64,000 bases of DNA from an uncultured bacterium. GTDB taxonomy: Bacteria; Babelota; Babeliae; Babelales; Vermiphilaceae. The notes under the pieces are model-generated. The model saw only the letters and a program-made list of their open reading frames with translations, was not told the DNA's origin and made no database searches. Below are positions 18,987-30,033 of this stretch, piece after piece. Position numbers and translations under genes: made by a program. The stretch's first letter is position 1. Every line of letters starts with the position of its first letter. The stretch spans positions 320,001 through 384,000 of the forward strand of contig OY969699.1 of NCBI GenBank assembly GCA_963702025.1, given 5' to 3'.

Positions 18987-19761
18987 ATTTCTCATCAGCT
19001 AATTGATCGATAATTTTTTTAACACGAACATAATCTTTACCGATTATGTTCGTGAGTTTTTTTTCATCGATTGCCGCGTCTGTTGCCGTTAATATTTTTA
19101 TGATCATACCGCGTATTTGTCTGTCTGATCCCTCAAACTTTGATTGCTGATGATGGTGAAGGCTTTTACGGCTAGGATTTTTGAATCTTTTTTTAAGCAT
19201 TACTCCATAATCCATCAGCGCATAATACCATTCACGGGGATTCTCTTGATCAACGGTTTGTAGAACCAACGGCAGTATTTCATTATCATGCACATTGTCT
19301 CGAGACGGGAAGAAAAAATAAATAAAAACTGTTCGAATATTTGTTTCTATGAAAACTGTTGGCTCATTAAAGGCAAACGCCCGAATTGATGCAGCGGTTG
19401 CTTTACCAATCCCCGGTAAACTTTCTAGAATTTCACTATTGTTGGGTAAAATTCCATCATATTCTGAGGCTATTATCTGAGCCGCTTTATGCAAAAAAAG
19501 GCCACGCCTGTTGTAGCCAAGTCCTTGCCATTGAGCCAGAACATCTTTGAGTGAAGCCTGTGCAAGTGTTGTAAAATCAGGGAACACCGTGATCCATTGG
19601 ATATATTTTTGCGTAACACGTTGTGTTTGAGTTTGTTGCAGCATAACCTCAGAAACAAAAATCTTATACGGATCATCCGCATGCCGCCAGTCAAAAATAC
19701 GGCCCTGCGTGGCATAGTGATGCCAAATTGTTTTCTTAAATTCGTTGATACAGGTAATCAT
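18949..19761 (-). CDS. MutY-like HhH-GPD adenine glycosylase (short form, no FeS cysteines)
   Basis: PYKIFVSEVMLQQTQ, WQGLGYNRR, LPGIGKATA, ETNIRTV. Confidence 0.88.
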   Translation of the reverse strand: MITCINEFKKTIWHHYATQGRIFDWRHADDPYKIFVSEVMLQQTQTQRVTQKYIQWITVFPDFTTLAQASLKDVLAQWQGLGYNRRGLFLHKAAQIIASEYDGILPNNSEILESLPGIGKATAASIRAFAFNEPTVFIETNIRTVFIYFFFPSRDNVHDNEILPLVLQTVDQENPREWYYALMDYGVMLKKRFKNPSRKSLHHHQQSKFEGSDRQIRGMIIKILTATDAAIDEKKLTNIIGKDYVRVKKIIDQLADEKFIHRQGTMVSIV

Positions 19762-19844
19762 TGTTTTGTAGTGTTAATGTATAGAGATAATAAGTAAGGC
19801 AGCCTATCTATGACTCTAGGATATATTATTATGCAAATAAATTA

Positions 19845-19866
19845 ACCTCGCAGCAAGCAGCGAGGT
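19845..19866. repeat. Isolated intergenic hairpin
   Basis: ACCTCGC-AGCAAGCA-GCGAGGT. Confidence 0.5.
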
Positions 19867-19963
19867 ATTTGCCACTCCACTCAATGCTAAAGAACAGGAA
19901 CAACTAAAAAAATCGGTTAAAATACTTGCCAAAACGATAAAACAGGTAATACAACTATAACCT

Positions 19964-22771
19964 TTACTCGCTTTTTTTGCTTTCTTTTGGCTCTAATCTT
20001 CCAACCTTGAGCGTAAACATTGCCTCATTGCGCAATACTTTTTTAACCGCTTCTTTTACTTGATCAAGAGTAACGGCAGCTAAGGTTTGTGCTCGGGTAT
20101 CAAAATAATTGACCGGGAAACCCATTCTATCAATGGCTAAAAACATTGACGCAGTACCAAGATTTGTTGCAAAATTATTCACCATAGAACTATTAAGAGC
20201 ACGTTTTGCTTCTAAAAGTTCTTCGGGAGTAATTTCATCAACGGATTTGGTGATAACTTCTTTAATAGCTTTTTCTGCTTCCGCCAAACGATCAAGAGAA
20301 ACGATAGTTTTCACGATCACCATGCCCGGCTGCTCATTGGCACCGGAAATTAAGGTGCCGCCGATGGTGTAGAAAAGGCCTGATTGCTCGCGCAACTGGA
20401 ATAATTTTGAATGCATTGATCCGAGTGTGCCACCGCCAAAAATCTGATCGAATAACAATAACTTATCAAAATCAGGATTTTTACGTTCCACCGATAAACC
20501 CGCAAAACAAAGGACCGCTTGATCACGATTGATAGGGTGAATTTTTTCGCAGGCTTTGATCGGGCTCAATGCCGGGAAATCTATATCTTCTACCTTTGGC
20601 CCTTTCCAGACACCAATAGTTTTTTCTAACATTTTATCGAGTGGATAAGACCCTAGATCTCCAACAATAGCCAATCGGGCATCGGCGGGACTAAAATATT
20701 TCTTATGAAACTCAATCAGATCTTTTTTGGTGATTTTTTTAATAGATTCTTCCGTTCCAAGGATATTTTTGCTGTAAGGATGGCCTTTGTAAATTTCCTG
20801 CGAAACTAAAAGACCCGCAATTTGCTGTGGATTGTCCCAAAAGCTTTTAATCTTTGCAAGAATCTGCTCACGAACTTTTTCAATCTCTTGGTCATCAAAA
20901 CGGGGATGCTCAACAATTTCCAAAAGAAGCTCAAGTCCTTTCTCAAAATCAGTTGCAAGCATACTTAAGGTGATCATCCCTGGAACAACTTGTAAATCCA
21001 TGCCACGAGATTCAAGCTCATCGGCCAACTGGCCGGCAGTATATTTTTTTGTTCCTTCAGAAAGCATTTGTGCGACAAAGTTATAAAGTCCCGGGAGAGA
21101 TTGGCTATCATAAAATGAACGAGCCTTCAGTTCCATGACTAGATCAATTTTGGGAATACTCGAGTTATCATAATAAAGAACCTTTAGCCCATTTTTCAAA
21201 GCTAGGGTCTTATATTTAGGAAAATCAAATTTGGTGGCTTCTTTAATTTTTAATGTTTTAGCATAATGGGGTGGTTCAATTGGGGTTGTTCTTGCCCGTT
21301 TTGCAAGAAACTTTGTGTCATACTCGTCAGAAGCTTTTTGCAATGCTTGCCATTCTTTTTTGTCTTGCTCCGAAAGTGGTAACAATGTTCCCTTGTGCAT
21401 AACCGAATTTTTAAAGTAAGCAGCAAGAAGCTTTTTGATTTCAACTTCAGCTTCTTTTTTTGGCTTATCCATGAAATGGAATGCAAAATTTTCATCGCCG
21501 GTAGCCAAATAGGCTTTGCCAATTTCACGCGCCTGTGTTTCAATGTTTTCCAAGAGTCCGTAATAGTTCATGCGAGCTTGATTGAGCGCTCGCACGTATT
21601 CTAAATCGGTAAGGCCATTTTCTATAATTGAATCGATCTCTTCTTGGATCAAATCATAAATTTTGGGCAAGTCATCACTATTTTTTGGCTCAAAGCTGAT
21701 CAAAAATACACCTGCTTCAAAAAGTAAAAATGGTTGCGCTGCAAAAGATGTTACCAACTGCTCTTCATTAACAAGCTTTTTATATAATCGCGATCCCTTA
21801 CCAAGGCCAAGTATATAGGCAATCACATCCATGAGATGCTCATTTTTAGTTTGTGCACCCGGAACCACAAATGCGGCAACGGCCAACGGTTTTTGCACAT
21901 CACGATACAAAGTTACTTGGTGGGAAATTATATCTTTATTAAAATAAAACTGATCTTTTTTATACTGTTTATTGGCAGGAATTTTCTCAAAATATTTTTT
22001 TGCCAGATCAAATGCTTCTTTTACTTCTACGTCTCCTACAATAACCAGAGTGGCATTGTTGGGCCAGTAATGTTTTTTATAAAACTCTCGTAACCTATTG
22101 GCATGGACATCAAATAAATCCTGCTTAAACCCAATTATCGGATAATGGTATGGATGGTCAGGAAAAATTGCTGCCATCAGATCCATAATTAAGCTTTGAG
22201 AATAGTTATCTTTATACATTTTTAATTCTTGAATCACCGCTTTCATCTCAGAATTAAGATGGTCATCTTTAAAGCCAACATTTTGCATACAGTCAGCTAA
22301 AATTGGCAACCCTTCATGCCAATTTTGCACCGGCAAATTAAATAAATAGCCGGTATAATCCCAGGAAGTGAACGCATTGGTTGATCCGGAAAGCATATGC
22401 GTGATGACACTAATATCTGATTCTGAAAGGTATGGTAGCTTGTCAGGCTTAGAAACTGTCCCTTTGAAGATCATGTGCTCAATCAAATGCGCGTCCCCCT
22501 TTTCGCCTGTTTTTTCATCTTTGGAACCAACGTTATACCATATTTGCATAGAAACTTTGGGCAACGTATGAACCACGCGGACCAAAACGGTCATACCATT
22601 ACTCAAGATTAATTTTTGTACAAAGGGATTATTTTCTTTTTGGTCGTGTAGCATTTCTTTTTCCTGATCAAAATCATCCAAGATAGGCTCTGTGCATTCT
22701 TCTGCAAGAAGCGTATGTGTTATAAAACAAACAAACAAAGTAATACAAAGATATATTTGCTTTTTTTCCAT
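19964..22771 (-). CDS. M16 (pitrilysin/insulinase) zinc peptidase, secreted, fused two-half form
   Basis: HLIEH (HXXEH), NAFTS; second inactive half; signal peptide. Confidence 0.92.
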   Translation of the reverse strand: MEKKQIYLCITLFVCFITHTLLAEECTEPILDDFDQEKEMLHDQKENNPFVQKLILSNGMTVLVRVVHTLPKVSMQIWYNVGSKDEKTGEKGDAHLIEHMIFKGTVSKPDKLPYLSESDISVITHMLSGSTNAFTSWDYTGYLFNLPVQNWHEGLPILADCMQNVGFKDDHLNSEMKAVIQELKMYKDNYSQSLIMDLMAAIFPDHPYHYPIIGFKQDLFDVHANRLREFYKKHYWPNNATLVIVGDVEVKEAFDLAKKYFEKIPANKQYKKDQFYFNKDIISHQVTLYRDVQKPLAVAAFVVPGAQTKNEHLMDVIAYILGLGKGSRLYKKLVNEEQLVTSFAAQPFLLFEAGVFLISFEPKNSDDLPKIYDLIQEEIDSIIENGLTDLEYVRALNQARMNYYGLLENIETQAREIGKAYLATGDENFAFHFMDKPKKEAEVEIKKLLAAYFKNSVMHKGTLLPLSEQDKKEWQALQKASDEYDTKFLAKRARTTPIEPPHYAKTLKIKEATKFDFPKYKTLALKNGLKVLYYDNSSIPKIDLVMELKARSFYDSQSLPGLYNFVAQMLSEGTKKYTAGQLADELESRGMDLQVVPGMITLSMLATDFEKGLELLLEIVEHPRFDDQEIEKVREQILAKIKSFWDNPQQIAGLLVSQEIYKGHPYSKNILGTEESIKKITKKDLIEFHKKYFSPADARLAIVGDLGSYPLDKMLEKTIGVWKGPKVEDIDFPALSPIKACEKIHPINRDQAVLCFAGLSVERKNPDFDKLLLFDQIFGGGTLGSMHSKLFQLREQSGLFYTIGGTLISGANEQPGMVIVKTIVSLDRLAEAEKAIKEVITKSVDEITPEELLEAKRALNSSMVNNFATNLGTASMFLAIDRMGFPVNYFDTRAQTLAAVTLDQVKEAVKKVLRNEAMFTLKVGRLEPKESKKSE

Positions 22772-22882
22772 TAGTTTCCTTTTTCTTTACTTGCAAAAGT
22801 GTACCATTTTTTCAATCCTTTGCTCAATAACTCTCTCATTTTGTATATTGAAGAAAATATGGTAGTAAAAAAGGAGGTAAGA

Positions 22883-23119
22883 ATGGCTCAAGGGTTATAT
22901 CTCACTATTTTCACCATGCTTATCATGGCAGGGCAAATAAATGGGATGAATGATAAAGTAAAGAAACCTAAAAAAACTCCCCCATCACCGCCCGGCTGCA
23001 TCCGCCAAAATTCAGACGAACTACAAAAGGTAATTCTTGAAATTGCCGTACAACAAGGAAACACTGAATTAGCTAAAACATTACAAAAGATTACCGCTCA
23101 GCTGGGTGATAAAAGCTAA
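22883..23119 (+). CDS. Small hypothetical secreted protein
   Basis: AGGAGG SD before ATG 22883; signal peptide ending INGM. Confidence 0.6.
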   Translation: MAQGLYLTIFTMLIMAGQINGMNDKVKKPKKTPPSPPGCIRQNSDELQKVILEIAVQQGNTELAKTLQKITAQLGDKS

Positions 23120-23157
23120 AGCGGTGACATTTTTTAATAGCAGCTATTGAGGTCTGT

Positions 23158-23604
23158 TTAGCGCCAGACAGAAAGAATAACTGCTGATAAAATGACGCCT
23201 ATTACTTGGTAGCCAGCATCGATCAAAAAAAGCTTTATTGATCGGCTTTCCCATATAAAAACGCCCGCAATTGCTGTTGCTGAAAAACCAAGCGCAATGA
23301 TAAGACCAAGCATTAAGCCAGATTCCAGAGTTGTTGAACCGGACATATGGACCAAGCAGGCCATAGCAAAGGCAATAATGGTATCTTTTAAGAAGGTGAG
23401 ACCCATATTGGTCAGAAGTTTATCTTTTGAGGGCTCCTTAATGGTAACATTATGGCGACTCAATTCGTGCACCCAAGTTTTTGCGAATAAAACAGAAAAC
23501 CAGATTGCCCCCAAGAAGAAAAAGATGATAGCCGAAACGGCTACTGCCAGGTAATTAATGTGCGGTAAAACAGTGAAATCCATTGAAAATCCTTTAAAAA
23601 ACAA
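23158..23604 (-). CDS. DUF1761-like membrane protein
   Basis: INYLAVAVSA..GAIWFS.LFAK.W and LFLIDAGY; four TM segments. Confidence 0.8.
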   Translation of the reverse strand: MFFKGFSMDFTVLPHINYLAVAVSAIIFFFLGAIWFSVLFAKTWVHELSRHNVTIKEPSKDKLLTNMGLTFLKDTIIAFAMACLVHMSGSTTLESGLMLGLIIALGFSATAIAGVFIWESRSIKLFLIDAGYQVIGVILSAVILSVWR

Positions 23605-23664
23605 TGTTATGCATACTATCAGTATAACTAAAATTCATTTTTACAAAAGTCTCAAAAAGCCCGA

Positions 23665-26286
23665 TTAGACTCTACCAATTCTGATTTTGACCAGCTTTTT
23701 AATATCAAGGATTTCTTTAACTGCTTTTTGTACTGCTTCCACTGATATTTTCTGCAAAGCGGTAATACGCGTATCAAAATAATCTGCGGGAAGTTTATAT
23801 TGATCTAAAAAAAGAAAGCATTGCGCGGTGCCATAGGATGATTCGAAATTATCAACAAGGGAATTAATAATTGCATTTTTAGCATGCTCAAGATCATTTT
23901 CATTCATCTTTTGTGGTGCCTCTTGTATTGCTTTTTCAATTAACACTTCTGCTTCATGCAAGCAATCATTAGAAACAATCGTCCTGATAAAAATCATACC
24001 CGGCTGCTGGTCAGCGTTAACCGTTAATGATCCCCCGATGGTATAAAAAAGCCCTGTTTGTTCGCGCAATTGAAAAAGCTGTGAGCTCATGGATCCCAAA
24101 ACCCCACCGCTAAAAATCTGCTCAAAAAGTAATAAGGCGCTATAATTGGGATTTGTTTTTTCTAATGAAATCCCGGTATAACATAAAACTGTTTGATCTC
24201 GCTGAATTTGATGGGTAAGAGTTTTTTGAATCACGGGGGTAAGTGCCGGGAAAGTTATCGGCTCAAGAGGAGAGTTTTGCCAGACGCCCAAAGATTCCGT
24301 AATTGTTTGAAGAATATCAACGCCTTCAAGATCACCAACAACGCCAAGGCGCATGGCATTTGGGGCTAAATACTTTTTGTATGAGGTCTTTAAATCAGCC
24401 TCTGTTATTTTTTTAATAGTTTCTAAATCTCCCAACGGATTTTTGTGGTATGGATGCCCTTTATAAACTGCATTTCTGGCAATTTGGCCGACAAACTCCA
24501 ATGGCTCATCCCATAATTGTTCAATATCAGCAACTATTAATTGCCTAACTTTTTCAACATTTTTTTTATTAAATAATGCTTTGGTGAGCATCTGATTGAG
24601 CAAATCAAGACCGGTTGCAAACTCATCTTTTAGCATGGTGAAACTAATTATGCCCGGCTGCACATCAATGCCGATGCCATGTGATTCAGCAAAATCAGCA
24701 AATTCTTCCTCAGTATATTTCTGAGTGCCTTCCAAAAGCATTTGAAACATAAAATTAATGAGCCCTTGCTTATCCTCGGGATCAAAATAGGAGCGCACTG
24801 AAGAATCAACTATCATGCTAATTTTTTTTGAGCCTGGCATAGAGTGAGAAAGTATAACAAGGCCATTCTTTAGTATATCTTTTTTTGCATGCGGATAATT
24901 AAAAGCAGCATACTCTTTTATCGTAACCTCTTGCACATAGGAGCCACATTCAACTACTGATTCGCGGATTTTGCGTGATAAAATTTTTTGGTCCTCAAGA
25001 TCTGATTGTTCTTGCAATGAGAGCCAATATGTCTGCTGCTCATCAGTGGAAAACGGCAAAATCATCCCGGTATATTTAGCGCCGGCCAAGAGATTTTCTT
25101 TAAAAAAGTCATGAACCGCACTTGCAATGTTTTCTTGCTGCCGCATTGGCGTAAACAGTTCTTTTTCATCACCGGTGGCCAAATAAAGCTTCCCAATCTC
25201 ATGCGCAATTTTCTGATTATTTTCAAAAATCCCCAAATACTCCAATTCCGCCTGCTTTTGCGCGCGCAGAATTTCATGAGCCTCTGGCCCATCTTTTTTT
25301 ATTTTTTCTATTTCTTCGCTAACAATTTTTTCTATCGATGCAATTGCTTGCTCATCAATCGGATCAATATGCACAAAAAAGACGCTTTGATCAAATAGAT
25401 CGTAAATATCAACCTGTAAATCGGTTGCCAACTCCTGCTCATTGATCAATTTTTGATATAATCGTGATCCGCGACCTTCTCCCAACACCCAGCTGGCAAT
25501 CTCTGAAACAAAATTTTTGCGTTCTTTGAGTCCCGGAGCGGTCCATGCAAACATAAGCACCGGCTGTTGCACATCGCGGCCCATTATAATCGTTTGATTT
25601 TTAATATCTTTATGGTGATGAAAATGTTGCTTTTTATAGCTCCAATCAGGCTGAATCGCGCCAAATGCATGTTGCACATTTTTTATTGCGTCATCGATTT
25701 GCACATCCCCGGCTATCACCAATGTTGCATTGTTAGGAATATAATGGCGATGGTAAAAATCAAGCAACCCCTGCCGCGTAATGCTCCATAAATCTTGTTT
25801 AAAACCGATAATAGGGAAGTGGTACGGATGCCCTTTGAACATGGCACCGATCATTTCTTCACACAAACTGGTGGCATAATCATCTTTATACATTTTAAGT
25901 TCTTGGATAACCGCCTTTAATTCAGTATTTAAAAGATCTTCTTTAAATGTGCATTTATTCATGCAATTCGCCAAAAGCGGTAACGCCGTGCGCCAATTTT
26001 GTTTGGGGAAATCAAAAATATACGCCGTATAATCATAAGAAGTAAACGCGTTGCAACTACCCGAAAGTTTATGCGTAATCAGATTTATATCCGATTCAGA
26101 AAGTAGATCGGTTCCTTTAAAAATCATATGTTCAAGCAAATGGGCAAGCCCGCGCTCGCCATCTTTTTCGTCTTTTGAGCCCACATTATACCACAATTGC
26201 ACAGCTACTTTGGGGATGGTGGCATTGGGATAAATAAGAACGGTAAGGCCATTATCCAGTATAAATTTAGAAATTGTTTGATGCAT
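23665..26286 (-). CDS. M16 zinc peptidase, cytoplasmic paralog
   Basis: HLLEH, NAFTSYDYT; co-linear with 19964-22771 but without a signal peptide. Confidence 0.92.
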   Translation of the reverse strand: MHQTISKFILDNGLTVLIYPNATIPKVAVQLWYNVGSKDEKDGERGLAHLLEHMIFKGTDLLSESDINLITHKLSGSCNAFTSYDYTAYIFDFPKQNWRTALPLLANCMNKCTFKEDLLNTELKAVIQELKMYKDDYATSLCEEMIGAMFKGHPYHFPIIGFKQDLWSITRQGLLDFYHRHYIPNNATLVIAGDVQIDDAIKNVQHAFGAIQPDWSYKKQHFHHHKDIKNQTIIMGRDVQQPVLMFAWTAPGLKERKNFVSEIASWVLGEGRGSRLYQKLINEQELATDLQVDIYDLFDQSVFFVHIDPIDEQAIASIEKIVSEEIEKIKKDGPEAHEILRAQKQAELEYLGIFENNQKIAHEIGKLYLATGDEKELFTPMRQQENIASAVHDFFKENLLAGAKYTGMILPFSTDEQQTYWLSLQEQSDLEDQKILSRKIRESVVECGSYVQEVTIKEYAAFNYPHAKKDILKNGLVILSHSMPGSKKISMIVDSSVRSYFDPEDKQGLINFMFQMLLEGTQKYTEEEFADFAESHGIGIDVQPGIISFTMLKDEFATGLDLLNQMLTKALFNKKNVEKVRQLIVADIEQLWDEPLEFVGQIARNAVYKGHPYHKNPLGDLETIKKITEADLKTSYKKYLAPNAMRLGVVGDLEGVDILQTITESLGVWQNSPLEPITFPALTPVIQKTLTHQIQRDQTVLCYTGISLEKTNPNYSALLLFEQIFSGGVLGSMSSQLFQLREQTGLFYTIGGSLTVNADQQPGMIFIRTIVSNDCLHEAEVLIEKAIQEAPQKMNENDLEHAKNAIINSLVDNFESSYGTAQCFLFLDQYKLPADYFDTRITALQKISVEAVQKAVKEILDIKKLVKIRIGRV

Positions 26287-26418
26287 AAAATTCCATATTT
26301 ATAAACTTTTCTTTATAATTATGCCTCAGCGGCTCTTTTTTGACAAACCCAGGAAAACCTATGAAAAAATTTTTATTTCTTATCTGCATAGCGCCATATT
26401 CTTGAAAGAAAGTCCAAC

Positions 26419-27612
26419 ATGTCCATATTGCCGGCAATCTTTACACCAAACACCATAAAATCTTTTATCACACGCATTTTTATTGCGCCAAATCTCCATA
26501 TCCTATTTTTTGTTACCGTCTTGGTAATGGCCGGCATAACGGCTCAATTTCTCACGGTGCCATTATACCTTCAAGCATTCATGGGTATTGCAATGTCCAT
26601 TCTCATGGTAATTATCAACAAAGTTTGGCGCCTACACAATTATTATTACGCTGTTTTGCCGCTCAGTTTTGCACTCGGGGCACTGCTTTGCTATAAACAA
26701 CAAGAAGTGCAAAAAAAGTTTACTCAGGAAGTAACCCGGCACATCATAACCGTTCATGCAACGGTATGCAACATCGAGCCGATTCAAAATAATCCGCGGT
26801 TTAGAGGCCGCATTACTATTGATGCGCATCTTATAAAAAAGGATGACGGCACTATAATGCAACAAAATCGAAATCTTTCACTATATGTAACCAGAATTCC
26901 TACCGAACTATTGGTTGGCGATGTTATTGAGATTACCGATTTAATATGCAAGGAAATAAAAAACCCTTCATTTGGCACCTATTTGGCCAAGGAAAAAATA
27001 TCGGCAACTCTTTTTCTAGATAATTTTACTTATACCCTTTTAAAGAGACCCACATTTTCTGTTGCACGGTCACTTTTTTACATGCGCAACACGATTTTTA
27101 ATTCATTGCGCAACAAAATAAACAAAGCAACATTCACATTATTTTCCTCAATATTTTTGGGAAATCGCACCGGGGTAAAAAATCAGATAGAAAAAACCAA
27201 AGAATCATTTAAAATTTGGGGACTCAGTCACCACTTGGCCCGTTCGGGGCTGCATCTGGTAATTTTTGCCATGCTTTGGCATTTTATTCTGAATATTTTA
27301 CCAATTGCATTCTTGGCGCGTCAGTTTTTATTTATTTTGTTCGTGTTGCTTTATGCTCTTCTTTCATGGTCAAGCATTTCTTTTGAACGGGCACTCCTCA
27401 TGCTCATTTTTTATAAGCTCACGCTTTTTATCAAAACTCCGTTGCACTACATTCACTTAATAACTTTAGTTACTCTTCTGGTGCTCTTGCTAAATCCATT
27501 ACAACTTTTTTTTCTTGATTTTCAATTAAGCTTTGGCTTGACGTTTGCCCTTGCGTGGTTTAGCGCCATAGAGTCCCGTAAAAACCGACACACCGGCGCA
27601 AATATATTGTAA
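26419..27612 (+). CDS. comEC: ComEC/Rec2 competence-domain membrane protein (no beta-lactamase-like domain)
   Basis: GLSHHLARSGLH and FQLSF motifs; OB-like region; many TM segments. Confidence 0.8.
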   Translation: MSILPAIFTPNTIKSFITRIFIAPNLHILFFVTVLVMAGITAQFLTVPLYLQAFMGIAMSILMVIINKVWRLHNYYYAVLPLSFALGALLCYKQQEVQKKFTQEVTRHIITVHATVCNIEPIQNNPRFRGRITIDAHLIKKDDGTIMQQNRNLSLYVTRIPTELLVGDVIEITDLICKEIKNPSFGTYLAKEKISATLFLDNFTYTLLKRPTFSVARSLFYMRNTIFNSLRNKINKATFTLFSSIFLGNRTGVKNQIEKTKESFKIWGLSHHLARSGLHLVIFAMLWHFILNILPIAFLARQFLFILFVLLYALLSWSSISFERALLMLIFYKLTLFIKTPLHYIHLITLVTLLVLLLNPLQLFFLDFQLSFGLTFALAWFSAIESRKNRHTGANIL

Positions 27613-27677
27613 ACTACGTATCAAATTGAATACCTTTAGTGAGTAAAGGGACAACTACCATTATAGGGGAGTAGGAT

Positions 27678-29003
27678 ATGGTACCTGTTTCAAGCTCATT
27701 GTTATCAAAAAAAATTTTTATCGCACTCTTGTTTTTTACCATTTCTGTCGGGGCTCGAGAAAAAAAGCCCTGGACATTTATTGTTTACACTGCTGCGGAC
27801 AACAGCTTGCGTGATTTTGCATCCAGGAACATTAAACAAATGTCATCGATCGGGTCAAATAACAACGTTAACATTTTGGTACATCTCGATATCCGGCTCA
27901 TAGGCAGCAAGAAAATGACACGCCGATATTATGTTGAAAAAAATAATCCGGTGCAATTAGAAATGCATGAAAAAACTCCGATGAATAGCGGTGATGCACA
28001 AACACTTATTTCTGCTTGCCAATGGGCCATCGAAGAATACCCTGCCGACCATTATATGCTCGTTCTATGGGACCACGGCACCGGCATTATCGATCCGTAT
28101 GGCCGCAGACACATTGATACTAGAACACTCTTTGTGTATAACCCAGAGGCCAATGCTTATGAACTTGATAGAAGTATTGGATTTTTGGAACTCATCGAAT
28201 TAATTAATGATCCTAGGGGAATCTGCTGGGATGACAGTAATGGAGAGTATTTGACGAATCAGAAGTTTGAATTTGCATTAAATGAAATTGTAACAAACAT
28301 TTTACATGGCAAAAAATTTGAGATCATTGCTTTTGATGCATGTCTTATGTCGATGATAGAAATCGCAAATATCACCAAGAATTATGCAAATATCCAAATC
28401 GGTTCTGTTGAAGTTGAGCCAGGTCCTGGTTATCGCTATGATGAAGTATTGTCTCCGTTTTTACACGGTTCGCCAGATCCCCGTGCCTTTGCAAGCCATG
28501 TTGTTGATTCATTTGCAAAAGCATACAAACCCGTGGGCAACCATCCGGGTTTTGTGGATTACACGCAATCTGCGCTAGACTTAAATCTTATCGGCCTATT
28601 GGAACAAAACGTCGATCAGCTAGGCCAACTTTTTGCCAGCGCCTTACAATCGCCGGATTCTTCACAGTTTAAAAATCTCATTAGTGTAAGCCGCAACAAA
28701 AAAAATTGTACTCATTTTAACGAGCCAAGCTATATTGATTTGCATCACTTCTATGCCAATATTCTTCGCAACCTAACGCCACTAGAAAATAATGTTCTTG
28801 GAAAACAAGTAAAACAGGTTGTACAGGACGGCATACAATTAATTAATAAGGTGGTAATACACACAGTATCTGGCACCAATCTGCCCAACACAAAAGGAAT
28901 TTCAATTTACTTCCCCGAAAGGAAAATACATCCATCCTACAAAAAGACAACCTTTGCAAAAAATGCTTGGGTTAAATTTTTAACTGACTATTTATTAAGC
29001 TGA
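27678..29003 (+). CDS. Clostripain-family (C11) cysteine peptidase, secreted
   Basis: WTFIVYTAADNSL, WDHGTG, FDACLM, GISIYFP. Confidence 0.9.
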   Translation: MVPVSSSLLSKKIFIALLFFTISVGAREKKPWTFIVYTAADNSLRDFASRNIKQMSSIGSNNNVNILVHLDIRLIGSKKMTRRYYVEKNNPVQLEMHEKTPMNSGDAQTLISACQWAIEEYPADHYMLVLWDHGTGIIDPYGRRHIDTRTLFVYNPEANAYELDRSIGFLELIELINDPRGICWDDSNGEYLTNQKFEFALNEIVTNILHGKKFEIIAFDACLMSMIEIANITKNYANIQIGSVEVEPGPGYRYDEVLSPFLHGSPDPRAFASHVVDSFAKAYKPVGNHPGFVDYTQSALDLNLIGLLEQNVDQLGQLFASALQSPDSSQFKNLISVSRNKKNCTHFNEPSYIDLHHFYANILRNLTPLENNVLGKQVKQVVQDGIQLINKVVIHTVSGTNLPNTKGISIYFPERKIHPSYKKTTFAKNAWVKFLTDYLLS

Positions 29004-29047
29004 CAAGAAATTTATACTAAGGGGCATACTATCTTCCAAAGGAGATC

Positions 29048-29647
29048 ATGGACATAAAAATATATAAACAAGGCTTACTTGATAAATTGTATGCCCCCTA
29101 TAGAAACTGCACGCAATGCCCGCTAGGCAAGCTTGGCAGAACCAACGTTGTATTTGGCGAAGGAAACCCCGATGCGCGCATTATGTTTATAGGGGAAGGG
29201 CCCGGACAAGATGAGGACAGGCTTGGTCGTCCTTTTGTAGGACGATCGGGAAAACTACTTGATAAAGTGTTAGAGCTTGCCGCGATTAAACGAACAGATG
29301 TCTTTATCACTAATGTTGTTAAATGTAGACCGCCAAACAATAGAAAACCGTTGGAAAACGAAGTATCGATATGCACATCACTATTTCTATTTAATCAAAT
29401 TAAAATCGTACGCCCCAACATACTATGCACGCTGGGAGCATCGGCATTACAGGGCCTCCTTAATAATTATGAGATTAAAATTAGTCAGATGCGAGGCAAG
29501 CCGATAGTTGCAAAGAATATTCCAGGCCCGGTTATTATGCCCACTTATCATCCGGCCTACATCTTAAGAAACCCAAAAGAACTTAAAAACATGTTTGAAG
29601 ACATAAAAAAAGCCTCAGAAATTGCAATTCAATTGCAGAACAAGTAA
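29048..29647 (+). CDS. udg: Uracil-DNA glycosylase family 4
   Basis: CTQCPL, GEGPG, PFVGRSG, VKCRPPNNR, TYHPAY. Confidence 0.93.
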   Translation: MDIKIYKQGLLDKLYAPYRNCTQCPLGKLGRTNVVFGEGNPDARIMFIGEGPGQDEDRLGRPFVGRSGKLLDKVLELAAIKRTDVFITNVVKCRPPNNRKPLENEVSICTSLFLFNQIKIVRPNILCTLGASALQGLLNNYEIKISQMRGKPIVAKNIPGPVIMPTYHPAYILRNPKELKNMFEDIKKASEIAIQLQNK

Positions 29648-30033
29648 CTTTTTAGCATTTGTGCAACAAAATGCAGGATTTTTGCAAAAAGCAACATTCT
29701 AGTCTTGTGAGCAAGTTTTTATCCCGAAAGACCATTGGCAGAATTTTTTCATACATTAGAAATCATTTATTTATGAACACTTTTAACTATTTAAATACTA
29801 TAAGAAACAACAAAACTTACCATCTCATTTCATACAGAATAAAATAGCTAAATATTTGAAAACAAAAAATCTATTTTAGAGTCTTAAAAAACTTCTTCTT
29901 ATTGATTAAATTAGGATGCACTCGTCTCTTCACAAAGGCAAAACCAAGCATATGCAACCATAACCGGCCCATTGCACAATTTGCATATTTGAAATTAACA
30001 TTTAAACTGTAGGCTTCAACATTACTGTTATGC

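Noticed and set aside
19845..19866. IS200/IS605 end
   Set aside because: Single hairpin with no transposase or partner end in the window.
29659..29847. 62-aa ORF upstream of the origin
   Set aside because: TTG start, no SD, no recognisable motif, in an AT-rich intergenic region.
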